DNA of 64,000 nt from contig MU058781.1 of assembly GCA_013265495.1 (NCBI GenBank), forward strand, positions 1,096,963 through 1,160,962, read 5' to 3'. Origin of the DNA: Vicugna vicugna. Its lineage: Eukaryota. A program made the translations under genes and the position numbers. The notes under the pieces are model-generated. The model did no database searches. It worked only from the letters and a program-made list of their open reading frames with translations, and was not told the origin of the DNA. This document shows, one piece after another, positions 1 to 11,800 of the stretch (the first letter of the stretch is position 1; every line of letters begins with the position of its first letter).

Positions 1-87
1 TACAGAAAGTATATAAAGCAATGTCAAATACTCATCACCCAGGTAAAGAAAAGAACCAGTACCCTTCAAATGCCTTCTTCCTTCCCC

Positions 88-262
88 CAGGACTGGCTAA
101 ATAATTTGAAGAACCCAATGCAAATAAAAATGCAAGGTCCCTTGTTCAAAATTATCAAGAATTTAAAGATGCAAATAGCAAAGCATTAAGCCAAGCATAG
201 GGTCTTCTAAACACAGGGCCCTGTGTGACTGCACAGGTCATGTGTCCATGAAACTTGTCCTG
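88..262 (-). mobile_element. MER45A-like hAT-Tip100 non-autonomous DNA transposon
   Basis: Begins CAGGACTGGCTA and ends GTCCTG. Internal CAGGGCCCTGTGTGACTGCACAGGTC and AATGCAAGGTCCCTTGTTCAAAA match the recalled MER45A consensus in reverse; ~175 bp. Confidence 0.8.
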
Positions 263-1800
263 GGGGTTCCTCTGTCACCACCCAAACAGAATCACTGCGC
301 TGAATTTTCTAGATGTGAATTCCCTAGTCTTTGTAGGCTTTATTACATGTGGGTTAATTCAATATATTTTGCTTTTCATATGTTTGATTTATAAACATGC
401 TATATATCCAGTATGATGTTTTTCAGCTTCCTCCATGTTGATCTGTGTGGTTGTCACTCATTTTCACTGCTTACATTTTGCCAATTAATTTACATGGGAC
501 AATGTATTTAAACATTTTCCTATTGAAGGGCATTTGGATTGTGTCCAGTTTTCTTGGTTGGTTTGTTCGTTTGTTTGTTTGTTTCTATAAGTAACGATGC
601 TTCCAGGAACACTTTTACACTTGTCTCCCAGAGCACATGTGCAGAAATCCCGTATGTTTTAAGTGTGTCTCTTGTGAAAATCATAGAACTACATCTTATT
701 TTTATCTAACCTGACAGTATATCTTGCTTCTGATGAAAATGGTCCATTGACATATACTGTGTGATATATTTTGGTTCATTTCTATCATATTATACTGTGC
801 TTTCTATTCTTCTCACTTTGCCCATGCTTTTTACCCTCTCTTTTTATTTCAGTTTTTCTCTACTGCTTTAACGGAATTCTTTTCTCTTTTGCCCTTAGAG
901 TTGTAGCAGACCTGCATGTCAGAGTTGAAGGTTAATTGTTAATCTTAAGTCTCCAGCCAAACAATGCAGAAACCATAGAATGTTTTTACCTCTTGCCTAC
1001 CCTCCTCCAAACTTATAAGCTATTGTCATATGGTATTTTAGTTCTGTCTTGTAGTTTTGCCCCACAAATTAGGCATTGTTAGTATTATATTATGCTGACT
1101 TTATCGACATGTTTATCAATTTCTTTGCCCATCTTCCTTCTTGTAGCTCAGACATGCCTTCTGGAGTAATTTTTATTCCTCCTGAAGTATAGTTTTTAAA
1201 AGTTCTTTCATTTAGACTCTTACGGTGGTAAACTCTCAGTTTTCATCTAAAGATGTGTTTTGTTTGGGGTTTTTGGAATACTTGTTTTACTTGCTAACAA
1301 ATACTGTGTCTCAATGCAGCACCCGTGGTTGCTATCAGTCTAATCATTGTTCCTCTCTTTTCTCTCTGAGCCATATTAAAATCCTCCCTCTGTTTGGTGC
1401 TCCCCAATGCCACTGCAGTGTATGTTGAGGTGTAGATTTCCCTTCATTTCTCTTGCTTGTAATAGTTCATGCTTCTAGTCTCTGATGATTCAAGTCTATA
1501 ATCAATTCTGAAAACATCTCAATCTCCATGTATCCAAATACTGCTTCTCCTCATTCTCCCTATTGTCTCCTTCTGGAACTCAGATTAAAAATGCCACATC
1601 TCCTCGTCATATCCTCTATTTCTCTTAACCTCGATTTTATATTCTCAGTCTCCTTGTTCTATGTGCTGTGTTCTGCTTTATTTCTGTATATTTATCTTCC
1701 TATCTACTAATTCTCTCTTTGGCTCTGTCTAATTACTGCTAAATCATTCATGAAATTTCTTATCTCAAATTTTTCATTTTTGAGTTTTATTGTGTCTTTA
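263..1800 (-). mobile_element. Old L1 (L1M/L1ME-type) fragments, heavily decayed
   Basis: T-rich tract with antisense L1M motifs (GAAGGGCATTTGGATTGTGTCCAGTTT, GGTGGTAAACTCTCAGTTTT, TCAATTCTGAAAACATCTC). No intact ORF. Confidence 0.65.
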
Positions 1801-4369
1801 ATAAGCAAAATTAATTCAAAGCTAGAAACTAAGAGAGAGATGTTTCTATTTCCCCAAGTTCAGCATTCAATCCTAGTCCAAAAGGAGGCTTCCTGGGGCC
1901 TGGGTTGCTGAAGAATGAGGCCAACTGGTCATCCTATTTGTCTTCAACTCAACCAGCTAGTGAAGAAGGCATTAATCACCTCAAGCTGATGGTGACTCTG
2001 TTGTCTCTGTATCAAAGGAGTACCTTTTGCATTAGCATGGTGTTTGGTTTTTTTTTCACTCTGCTTTCATTTTTGAATAGGTAACAGACTAAGACTGCCT
2101 AAAACACAGCCAGTGCAGAAAGGAAAAGGCAGCAGATCTTTGGTGAGGTCAGGGCAGATACATATGAGTGTGTGAAGATGCTGAAGCAGATTAGAGGAGG
2201 ATGTGGAGTTCATGTAGCCAGGCAACATGGAGGAGGGAAAAGAAGAAAACTGAGGTTGGAACAAGGGTAGGCTGTTGATTCAGTCCTAGCGGCTTGGTGT
2301 CAGGAAGTGTGTGAAGGAGAAGGAGCCATTGAACTTAAAATCACCAGGCATAGATTTTCTTAGAGAACTCTTTACCTCTTAGATTGTGTGTGTGTGTGGT
2401 AGGGGAGTATGTGTGTGTGTAGCTTATAACCTTTTTATACACATAGTATACATATTTTAACCCTAAACTAGAGGATAACCTTTGTATCATATTTGATATT
2501 TAGTAATCCTATATGCTGTGAACATGGTGGAGACACAACTTGCTGATTACATTTTTAGCAGTCACACCAAAAAATGACTGTCTCATGAGAAATGTAAAGG
2601 AATTACTTTTCTGATTTCTTCACTGGGGGAAGGAGGCTGTTGTCTGAAGAGGCAGCATAAAGGGGCTGTTTGGATGTTGTAAAGAGCCATCAACTTTATT
2701 ATTCATGACATAAATGGAAACTTTTTAAGTAGATTATGTTCTGGCATAAAGGATTCCAGTTAAGACACCAGATTGCAAGGAAAGACACAAACAGCTGGTG
2801 CAGCTTTGAAACTGTACTTACTGCTCAGTTGTTCACAAAAATGTTTAGATCAACTTCACTACTTTTAAACTTTCTGTAGACAAGTGGCACGGATGTATCA
2901 CAGGCCCAGGGAATGGTTTTAGAAACAATCAAAGGCTGACAGCAAAGCCAGGAAGGGTTCAGGAGACAAAAGCCTCCCCTTCATGACCAAATGAAGTACT
3001 CAACTACAAAAACCAGGATCTCACTGGAGAAAACATGGGCAGCCAACCTACGAAACAAAATGAAAACTTCAGCCATAATGAAATCACTGCTCGTGTTCCA
3101 GCAAGAAGCCGTCCCCAGAGGATCAGCAAAAAATTTGGTTTCCAAAGAATATGAATCCTACTTGCCAAAGAGAATCAGAGGTACCCATTTCTTTTTTGGT
3201 GTTATTCTAAGTTTCTGCTTATCTGTGATTAAGCCATCCTTCAGCACCTAGATCAGTTTCCACTCCTCCAGAAGGTCTTACCTCATTAGCTCCTGCAAAT
3301 TCCTGTAGCACATAGTGCATTCTTCCATTTGTGCTCTTGACCTTGAATTCTGTGGCACATAAATTGCATCCCTACTATACTTGCCATATAATGACATCAG
3401 TCAGAAAGTTTCTGAGATTGTAAATCTTGCTCTTACACCACATCTCATTTTTTGGTTTAATTCAGTGATGCCAGTTGGAAGACATGGTTACTGTTACCTC
3501 TTTGTATGTTTCACAGATAGAAGATTGCACATATGAGTTAAATACATTTCAATTTGTGACAAGGAAACAAAAACCCAAGTTCTATTCACGTTTACACAGT
3601 TAAGAAACAGTCAAACCAGGTCTTAGCACACACCTAGGTTTTCTGATTCCAAACCCATGTTTCTTTCCATTTTCAGGGTTGCTTCTCATAGTCTTCCTTG
3701 TTAACACACTCAGACACGCAAGCACGCATGCACACACACACACCCCTACACACAATTTACCTACAAGATCGAAATCCCTTACCTGCAACATTGAAAGTCT
3801 GCTACAGTGTGAAAGACTGAAGAGAACAGGGTGAAGCTAGCAAATAAATTGTTTACTGAACTTAAGAAAAAACCTATTCAATGACAATCAACATGCCATA
3901 TTATCCTGTGAGATCATTTAAGTGAACTATAATAAGCAAAAGTCCTTATTTCCTTTCGTAAAGCCCTGCAAATAAGGGGGAAAGTTTTAAGAATTCCCAA
4001 ATAAAAATCACGTGAAATTCATTTTCTGAAACGTATGAAAAGAAAGTCAAGAGAACGGGAGTTATCCCTGCAAGTGCTGTGTCTGAGGAAGGACATCACT
4101 GAGGGCAAGTGGAAACTCTTTCCTTCTAAACCCAACATGAAACAATGACAAACAACAACACGCCAGCAGCAGCAAAGATGAGTCGTGAACTTTTCAGGAA
4201 GTCACGGATATCTGAGGACAGGTGGCAAATGCTTTAAAATGAATAAGACTTTTAGAACATGAGCAGAAGGCAAGGTTAATGATACAACTTTAAATGCTTC
4301 AGTAAATCACACTAAATTGTGTGCAGGATGCAAAGAACTGGAGAATCTCGTACATCGCCTCCTCTAGCA

Positions 4370-5030
4370 CGCATTTTGCCCTGAGTGGTTTCTGCTTTCT
4401 CCCATGACCCTTTTCCTTGCCTTCCACCCCAGCCTTCCTTCTCTTCTTGACCATGACGAGCTCCCTTCCCACTTAGAGCCTTGAATCTGTTGATTCCACT
4501 GCGTGATTCTGAGAGAAGAGCTTGACTCCCCATCTTCTGGGTCTCAGCGCAAGTTCATGTCTCATCAAGGTTGTTCATGGCCTCCCAAACTAAAGTGCCC
4601 CCAACACACTTTATCACACTCGTCCTCTTTCTTTTTCTCCTTGCACTTATTTGAAATTCCTTGCTATTTTAATAGTTTATCAATGACTTGATTATTTTCT
4701 AAAGACTTAGTTTTTCCTAGGAGTTTCAGATTCACAGTAAAATGGAGAGGAAGGTACAGAGATTTCCCATATACACCCTGCCCCCACACAACCACAGCCT
4801 CCCCCGCTGTCAGCATCCCCTAGCAGAATGGGACATTCGTTACAGTTTCTGAATCTACACTGACACCTTTATTGTTTTTAATTATTTACTCTTACTTTAT
4901 CTTCTAGGTCACTTGCCCTTAAAATACTAGATTTACGAAAGCAAAAACCTTGTCTGTCAGGCTCACCGAGCCAAAAACAGTACCCTCAAATTACAAGTGT
5001 TTAGTCAATATGTGTCCAAGAACTGAATTA
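4370..5030 (+). mobile_element. L2 3' fragment interrupted by an L1 fragment
   Basis: Ends with an L2-type tail (CCTTGTCTGTC...CAAGTGTTTAGTCAATATGTGTCCAAGAACTGAAT). Confidence 0.5.
4695..4866 (-). mobile_element. L1MC/L1MD-type 3' end fragment
   Basis: AGATTCACAGTAAAATGGAGAGGAAGGTACAGAGATTTCCCATATACACCCTGCCCCCACAC is the diagnostic antisense L1MC1/MD 3' end. Confidence 0.8.
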
Positions 5031-5249
5031 AAAAAAAAAATCCTATGATTTCTCTTCTTCAGCAACTTTCATATTTGCTTCTTGACTCTACAGAAATTGC
5101 TTTGTCTTTTTCCATCACTCTTCTTTCCCTGGACTATTACACTCTTCTCATGACTATTCTGATTTTTATTGGGCCTTGCTCACTACTACTGATAGACAAT
5201 TTTTTTGAGAGAAAATATAATCATGCTATTTTTTACTGACATATGTACA

Positions 5250-5410
5250 GGGACTCCTGTCCAAGATGGTGTGCTCTGAGGATGCGATCATTTCCTTTCT
5301 CTCTTGGGGATCCACCAAATTTCTAATAAGGAATAAAAAAGCAACAGTCCAACATTAACAAAGAGATCAGGAGGGGCAGTGAACAGGAGATCAACACAGC
5401 CTCGGACAAC
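5250..5410 (+). mobile_element. Old L1 5'-end fragment (L1ME-type)
   Basis: GGACTCCTGTCCAAGATGG followed by AAGGAATAAAAAAG...AACAAAGAGATCAGGAGGGG resembles ancient L1 5' ends. Confidence 0.45.
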
Positions 5411-6019
5411 TTGCTGTATCCTGGACTCGTACAGAGCCCACCAGTCATGAGAAAGCTTTGTTTCTCCCAAAACCCTTTACAAGGAACCCTGAAGTATGAA
5501 GTTGGAATGAGTGAAGAACAGAGAAACATATTCCTGCTTAAACTTGGCTGATTGATATTTTATTCACCTAAAAAATCAGAACTATAAACTTAATAGCTTC
5601 CTTTAAACTCCTCTTATGATCTCAAAGCTGGCTACCCACAGAATCCACAAACCTAACTGGCAGGTTCCGTGGCCCCACTACTTGATTCTCCAGCTTGGGG
5701 CTGTACTGTGAGTCAAAGCCGCTCACATGTTTCACTGACACGTTCGCCAACTTCTGATTGTGTATGTGCCATGGGGGCTCAGTGGGTAATTGGATAATTT
5801 GTCTCTCACTTTTCAAGAAGCGTAATATTTATCAAGCACCTCAAATATTTATGAGGCAGAAAGCATCTTTTCTAGTGTCTGGTCTTCAGAAGGCTGCTGA
5901 TAAACTGTCACAGAATATAGATACCTATCATATTTTCAGAGATTTCCAGTAAAGAAGATAAAACAGCTCCAAAGAAACACCCATCACAGGATTTTTCTAT
6001 CCAGCCGTCCATTCTGTAT

Positions 6020-6226
6020 AGAGTTTCCCCATGTTGATGCTACTGATATTTGGGGCTGGATAACCCTTCATTGTGGGGGGCCGTCCTGTGCATCGTAGGG
6101 TGCTTAGTACCCCCTTGACCTCTAGATGACATTAGCACTCCCTGCTCCCCAGCTGTGACAACCAAAAATATTCCAGGCACTGCCAAATGCCTTCTGGGAG
6201 GCTAAATAGCCCCAGTTTGTAAACTC
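6020..6226. mobile_element. MER20 (hAT-Charlie)
   Basis: ACTGATATTTGGGGCTGGATAA...TGTGGGGGGCCGTCCTGTGCATCGTAGG...GTGACAACCAAAAATATTCCAGGCACTGCCAAATG matches the MER20 consensus. Confidence 0.85.
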
Positions 6227-6314
6227 ATCAATTTGGTGACCTTAGAGAGTGATTGGGAAGACTGCAGTGGTGACCATGTCTATATTTATAGCAAGCACAC
6301 GCCTCCTTTCTAGC

Positions 6315-6626
6315 TTTGTGCTTCTCAGCATGGTAACCACCAGACACGTGGCTGTGGAGCCCTTGAAATGTGACTCCTCAGAACTGAGTTGCTCTGGGAG
6401 CATAAAACAAACACCAAATTTCAAAGACTTTGACATAAGAGAGCAAAACATCTCATTAAAATTTTATATTGATTTCATGTTGAATTGAAAATATTTTGAA
6501 TAGATGAGGTTAAGTGAAATATATTATTAAAATCAGTATCAACTTTGTACTTTTCAAATACAGCTACTAGAGAATATGTGATTACATACATGGCTTGCCT
6601 TATATTTCTATTTGGATTGTGCCGTT
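6315..6626. mobile_element. MER33 (Charlie1 deletion derivative)
   Basis: CCACCAGACACGTGGCTGTGGAGCCCTTGAAATGTG and TTGAAAATATTTTGAATAGATGAGGTTAAGTGAAATATATTATTAAAAT. It is the reverse complement of the terminus seen at 28400. Confidence 0.8.
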
Positions 6627-6699
6627 CTAGGAAGCCAAAGCTCTTTGCATGTGAAGGACTTCTGTTCCTCATTCAGCCAACAGTATTCAAAGAATGTCC

Positions 6700-6910
6700 A
6701 CGGTGTTTATCTAAAATTCTATTAGTTGCTTTCGGCTACATCTATCTGACATAAATTCGTTTATGTTAAGCACTGTCATTTCATTTTGCAGATGGAAAAG
6801 TAGGAGTTAAAGAGATACAGCACCTAAAATCATTCTTTCAATTGTAGTGCCAGAACTAACTAAGTACAACCGATTGCTCCCTCTCCCCAGATAGTTTTTA
6901 GTCACTAGAT
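6700..6910 (-). mobile_element. MIR
   Basis: Decayed antisense core CATTTTGCAGATGGAAAAGTAGG. Confidence 0.45.
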
Positions 6911-7242
6911 ATCTTTGTCCCTAGAAAAACAGTATTTTCCTTCTTCTATAATTATTATAGAGATAAAAATCAAATTCCAAAGAAAACAATTTCCAGACAC
7001 CTTAAGACAATAAAGCCAGCATTTGTTTGAAGAGAAAACAAAAACAAGATGGGAGACTCAAAAAGCATTACTTTGTATAATAATTTAATTAATAGCATGT
7101 TGAGAAAAGAAAAATATTTTCCTTTACGTTTTCCATCACTTTTGACTTCCTTTTGTGGAGACTTATGCAATCTGTTGTGGTTGGTGCAGGTCTCTTGCTT
7201 TTTTTTCAATGCATCTGGATTTGCGTAATGTGCTCTGATGCC

Positions 7243-7355
7243 TCATGGGCACTCACTTAAGATCCACTGAGCTAATTTGATTTCTCAACTCGGGTTTACG
7301 TGTTTCATGGGCACTCAACTTAAGATCAACTGAGTTAATTTGCTGGCTTAACTCA
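7243..7355. repeat. Local tandem duplication, period ~62 bp
   Basis: TCATGGGCACTCACTTAAGATCCACTGAGCTAATTTG at 7243 recurs as TCATGGGCACTCAACTTAAGATCAACTGAGTTAATTTG at 7305. Confidence 0.9.
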
Positions 7356-8028
7356 GAAAATTAGAATCATGATTGCCCCATTTTCTTTTAAGCATATGTG
7401 TCATCATGGTCATCAGACTAGGTGTAGGTACAAAATCTTTGTCTACTCTTCCCTAGTTAGAAGGAGAGCCAAAAACACAGGAAAGGAAAAATTCCACAAA
7501 TGTTTTACCTGTGAACAAGAATGAGCGGTGGCAACGGTTGCTACAACTAGTTAAGTTATGTTGGAGTAGCCATGGGCCAACATTTTTCTAGCCAAGAGAG
7601 TATAATCTGCTAAAAGACATACCACTCTTTCTTGGAGGCCACGGTTACATCCCTTCTCAGCACCCAGGGTATCTGAGAAATGTTGCAAGGCTTTAAGAAA
7701 TTGAAGATGACACCGTGAGTCAAGAAATACACAGCTGAGATCAGCAGAAAGAGAAGTTTCATTTCGGAGGAAGAGAAGACTTCAGAAGACGCCTCCTTGT
7801 GCACCTGTGTGGCATCTCTAAGAGATGCTGTACATCCAACAGAGCGTGTGGTCTGAGGAGAAAGCAAGACTACCAGCTTTTGATATATTCATTTGCTCTC
7901 CTATTTTTCAAAAACATGTGTCAGGCACCGTGTTAAATGCCCTGAGTTTCCTGGTGAAAGAAGAGACAAGTAAGTGACAATAGGCAATGGTCAACAGCAG
8001 ACAATTACTATATCAAAAAATGTTTTCA

Positions 8029-8836
8029 CGTTGGGGAGAAGAAGAAAGGCTTTCGCCTCAAAGCTTCATGTGTGAACCTACAACACCTTGACCTCTTTCT
8101 CTCATTCTTGATTGTCAGAATAATGCTGAAGTCACCTCTTAGAACTGGCTGTCACCTTTAGCTACAGTGACTGCACTCCCATGTGTGTATATATATGACG
8201 TTGTACGTTGCCCAGACCCTGCGGTCCCACAGTTGGTCCCTCTCCCAGCTACCTCTTTACAGTATGAAGAGTTAACACGTTGGTGACCTGCACAAAGCGA
8301 GACACAGCTATTTAATCTCTTCCAGACATCGCTCCTCCTGGCGGGATGTTATACAGATCTTGGTAAAAAGTCCTTGCTGTCTCTGCAGCCAATCAACCTA
8401 GAGTTTTGTTGTTTTTTTTTTTTCCTGGATTTTTGTTTTCTTTTCTTTTCTTTCTAATCGAGGTGTGAAATAGTTCTAGGTTCAGTTGAAGTTCCAGATG
8501 AAGAAACAATTGAGATTTTTTTTCAGTGATAAAATCTGCATGTTTGTATTTCAAACAGTGTAGCTAAAATTTGATGTAAATTCCTCCTTTCCCCCTTTTT
8601 TAGCTTAATGAACATCATTTATTCAGTATGAAATCTTTATACTATATGTTCCACACATTAAGAATAAATAGGGGGGAGAATATAGCTCAAGTGGTAGAGT
8701 GCATGCCTAGCATGCCCAAAGTCCTGGGTTCATTCCCCAGTATCTCCTCTAAAAATTAATAAATAAATGAACCTAATTACCTAGCCCCAAAGTGGAAAAA
8801 AAAAAAGAATAAATGTACATTAAGTCTAGGTTAAAA
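8029..8836 (+). pseudogene. 5'-truncated processed retrocopy containing only the distal 3' UTR of an mRNA (SP1-like by recall)
   Basis: Flanking direct repeats AAAAAATGTTTTCA (8015-8028) and AAAAAAGTTTTCA (8837-8849). AATAAA lies ~18 nt before an A-run. The U-rich UTR-like body (TTTATTCAGTATGAAATCTTTATACTATATGTTCCAC...AAGAATAAATGTACATTAA) is what I recall as the end of SP1 mRNA; parent identity is unverified. Confidence 0.75.
8671..8804 (+). mobile_element. tRNA-derived SINE (camelid vic-1-like)
   Basis: A box TAGCTCAAGTGG, B box GGTTCATTCC, A-rich tail, and perfect TSD AAGAATAAAT (8660-8669 and 8805-8814). Confidence 0.92.
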
Positions 8837-11800
8837 AAAAAAGTTTTCAACCTGAATTTGAATACCTACAAATGGGAATGCTGGGCAGTACAGTGCAAGT
8901 TTTTTCTGAATGTCCCTTTATGCTGAAAGAAATACTATATCCAGCCCTTTGTGTTACAAGTATCAGTGGTCTAATTCTTTCACCATTCATTTATTCATTC
9001 ATTCAATAATTGTTTAATTCAGTTTGTTTTCCTGAAGATGGTTGAATCAGTCAATGTGTCTTCCTCTTTGGTTTTGATCTAAGATTCATTGATATGAAAA
9101 GGTTGGCAGGGATTAATAAAAACTGCTTCTTATTTTTATTATATCAATTGGATGAATTACATTCATTCATAAATTTTATTTTTTTAAACATAATACATGA
9201 AAAAATATGAAAAAATATGCCAACTTGATAAGTTGTACCTTGTGGAGACTGAATGGATTATATCAATTCATAAATTTGTTTTGAACATCGTATATTCATG
9301 GGAGCATATGAGGACTTGATGATGTGTGCCCAGTTGAGATTCTGAGGTGGTGTACCAGCTTGTATTAAGTGTTTTCAGTCCGGAGCGCATCTGACCACAG
9401 AAAGCCAGTGAGTCTATTTCTATTCATCAGATAGCTCAGCTTTGCCAACTCGAACAAAAGAGTTCCTTCCCTATTTTCTTACAGTCCTGACCTCTCCTCA
9501 TTCCAGTATCCGCCAAACCATTTAAAATTCCATAAATGTTCAAAGAAGCATGTACCCCAAATTAGAAACACTGTTGCAGTTTCATTCCTCTAGCAGGCAT
9601 TATGGAAGCCAGATTTTACTGCTGTGGTGTTTGTAATTGAGAGTTAGTAATAAGCAATGAAACGGCACACAGTCGAGGAAGTCCAAGGTAAGATTTGATC
9701 TGCAGGCATGATGCTTCTTAGAAGTGGGTTCTAGTGAGAAATGTGCCTCATGCCAAGAGAATTAACTCCAGAATTCAGTGCTCAAGGCTCTGCTACGCTA
9801 AAATCCCATTTATTGCAAATTGTGCTATTTCCAATTTCTTTTAGTAATAAAATGCATGAATAGCCCAAAAAAGGCTATAAATAGTCAACAACGCCAAGAG
9901 CTTTTCATCAGAAGCTCTAGTAGAACCGAGGGACCAGCGCTCTCTGGTCCTGTTCCCTCTTCCCCTTGGGCCATACTTCACAGTAACTCACTAATCATTA
10001 ATAATTTCTTTGCCCATTTAGTTTCAATGAATACATAAATCAACTATTTACTCTAGGATGAGACATGGAAAATAGTTCGAAGCCAAAATTCTTTGGGGCA
10101 TCGACAGTATGTAAATTATACCCTCTTCTGTTTGAACTCTGAATAAGTAAAGGGAAAGAGGGAAGAAGAGAGAAAAGTGAGACTCTAAACAGCAGGTAAT
10201 TTGTTATGGGTCTCTGTTTATCTAATGTTGGCCTTTTAGATTGGGTCAGTACTGTGTCGATAAAACAAAAGAAAATGATGCCTGCTGACTTTTGACGAGG
10301 CTGAGTGATGTGCATGCTATGAGACTGAACAGTTTCTGTGTCTGCATTTCATCATTATATTTTTTCCTTAACTTACACTGTTCAGTAGCTCAAACATAAA
10401 TTATTTAGTTTAAGGAGACAAAGACGGTAGATGTTATTTTATTTACTGTCCTCAACACTATATTGAACCAACCTAAAAGCATGGCATTAAGTAAACAAAG
10501 GAATGTAACAGATTACTTAAGGTTTGGAACCTTATTATTGCCATTGCTTTGTCCAAAAAAAAAAAAAGTTATTAGAAAGAAGGTAAAATGCAGCTAAAAC
10601 GATAATAGACAGACATAATGCCATCCAATATAAAATGTTTAAAGAGTACAAACACTTGTCCCTTTGAAACAAACAAATCCAATGATTAAATGACTGATTT
10701 CTTGTTTACAAAAATGCAAAAATGATACCTTTCAACTTCGAGGCAGTGTGAGTGCTACTTTCTCATCTTAGTGGCTTGTAAAATGCCATCTTCAACAAGA
10801 TCTAACGTAGTATAATCTCTTCTGAAAACCCTGGGGGAATTATGTAATGTAAGTAATTCAGGAAAGTGTCAAAGTTTTATTTCTCTTACCCTTAGGCAGG
10901 TTCAAAACTATTCTTACAAAATTCCTGTCACCAAAGTTTAATTTATGACCGAAGAGTTTTAGAAAATCCTACCTGTCTCTCAGTTCCAGGCAGCGTTTTT
11001 TCCCATTTGAAACTGTATCTCTGGCTCGGCTGTGGTTTCTATAGTGACAATTGTGTCTAAGTGTCATCATGAGAAGATCTTTGGTACGTTCAGTAGTCCC
11101 GGAAGTGGCTTCAGTGCGCCCGTGCTCTTTACGGCTAGAGTCCTGTGACATTGAAGAGACAGATCATCTCTGAAAGTAATATTCCTAATTATATCTTTTG
11201 GGAAATGAGTGCAATCATAGCAAATTAGGAGAAAAGTTCACAATAAATTTAAGTATGCATTTATATGCTTCTCTTGGAGGAAATAACCCCTCCATACCAA
11301 AAAAGAGAAAAAAAAATATATATATATATAAATATGCATGTGATATAATTTTAGAAACAAAAGGTTAGAAGACATCTTCGAGATTATTTAATCTGCTATT
11401 AATAAATACACAGTTAAGTGAAGAGAATATGAAAGAAAAAAGATCACTTCTTGCTTCCTGGGAATATGTGCTGCTTAAACATCAGTGATACCTGCATGAG
11501 AAATAGGCTGAGACAGGCATTAAGGAAGGAAGGGTTTTTTTTTTTTTTCTTGGTTCCAACACATTGGAGATAAAAATTAATAGGCAAAGTGTATCAAAAA
11601 AACAGATGCTCTGCTGAAAAGCCCTTCAGGCAGAATTGCGTCAGCTGGCTTTCTCTGGTGAGGCAGGACTTCAACGACTCACAGAATAATTGCTACATAC
11701 CCCAGTCGAAGCATTTTACTGTACCTGGCTTTGTGCTCGGGCAACCAACCATTGATGGGGAGGGGGTATCCATGGGGGCTGGAGTGACAGCCAGAAGATG

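Noticed and set aside
7243..7355. CRISPR-like repeat-spacer pattern
   Set aside because: Only two copies, the intervening sequence is itself partly repeated, the context is mammalian, and there are no cas genes.
8671..8745. tRNA gene (also at 56145 and 56333)
   Set aside because: A and B boxes are followed by a SINE body and A-rich tail (with a clear TSD at 8671), and there is no intact acceptor stem. These are tRNA-derived SINEs.
9316..9346. TGATGA...CTGA box pair
   Set aside because: Only ~30 nt apart, too short for a snoRNA.
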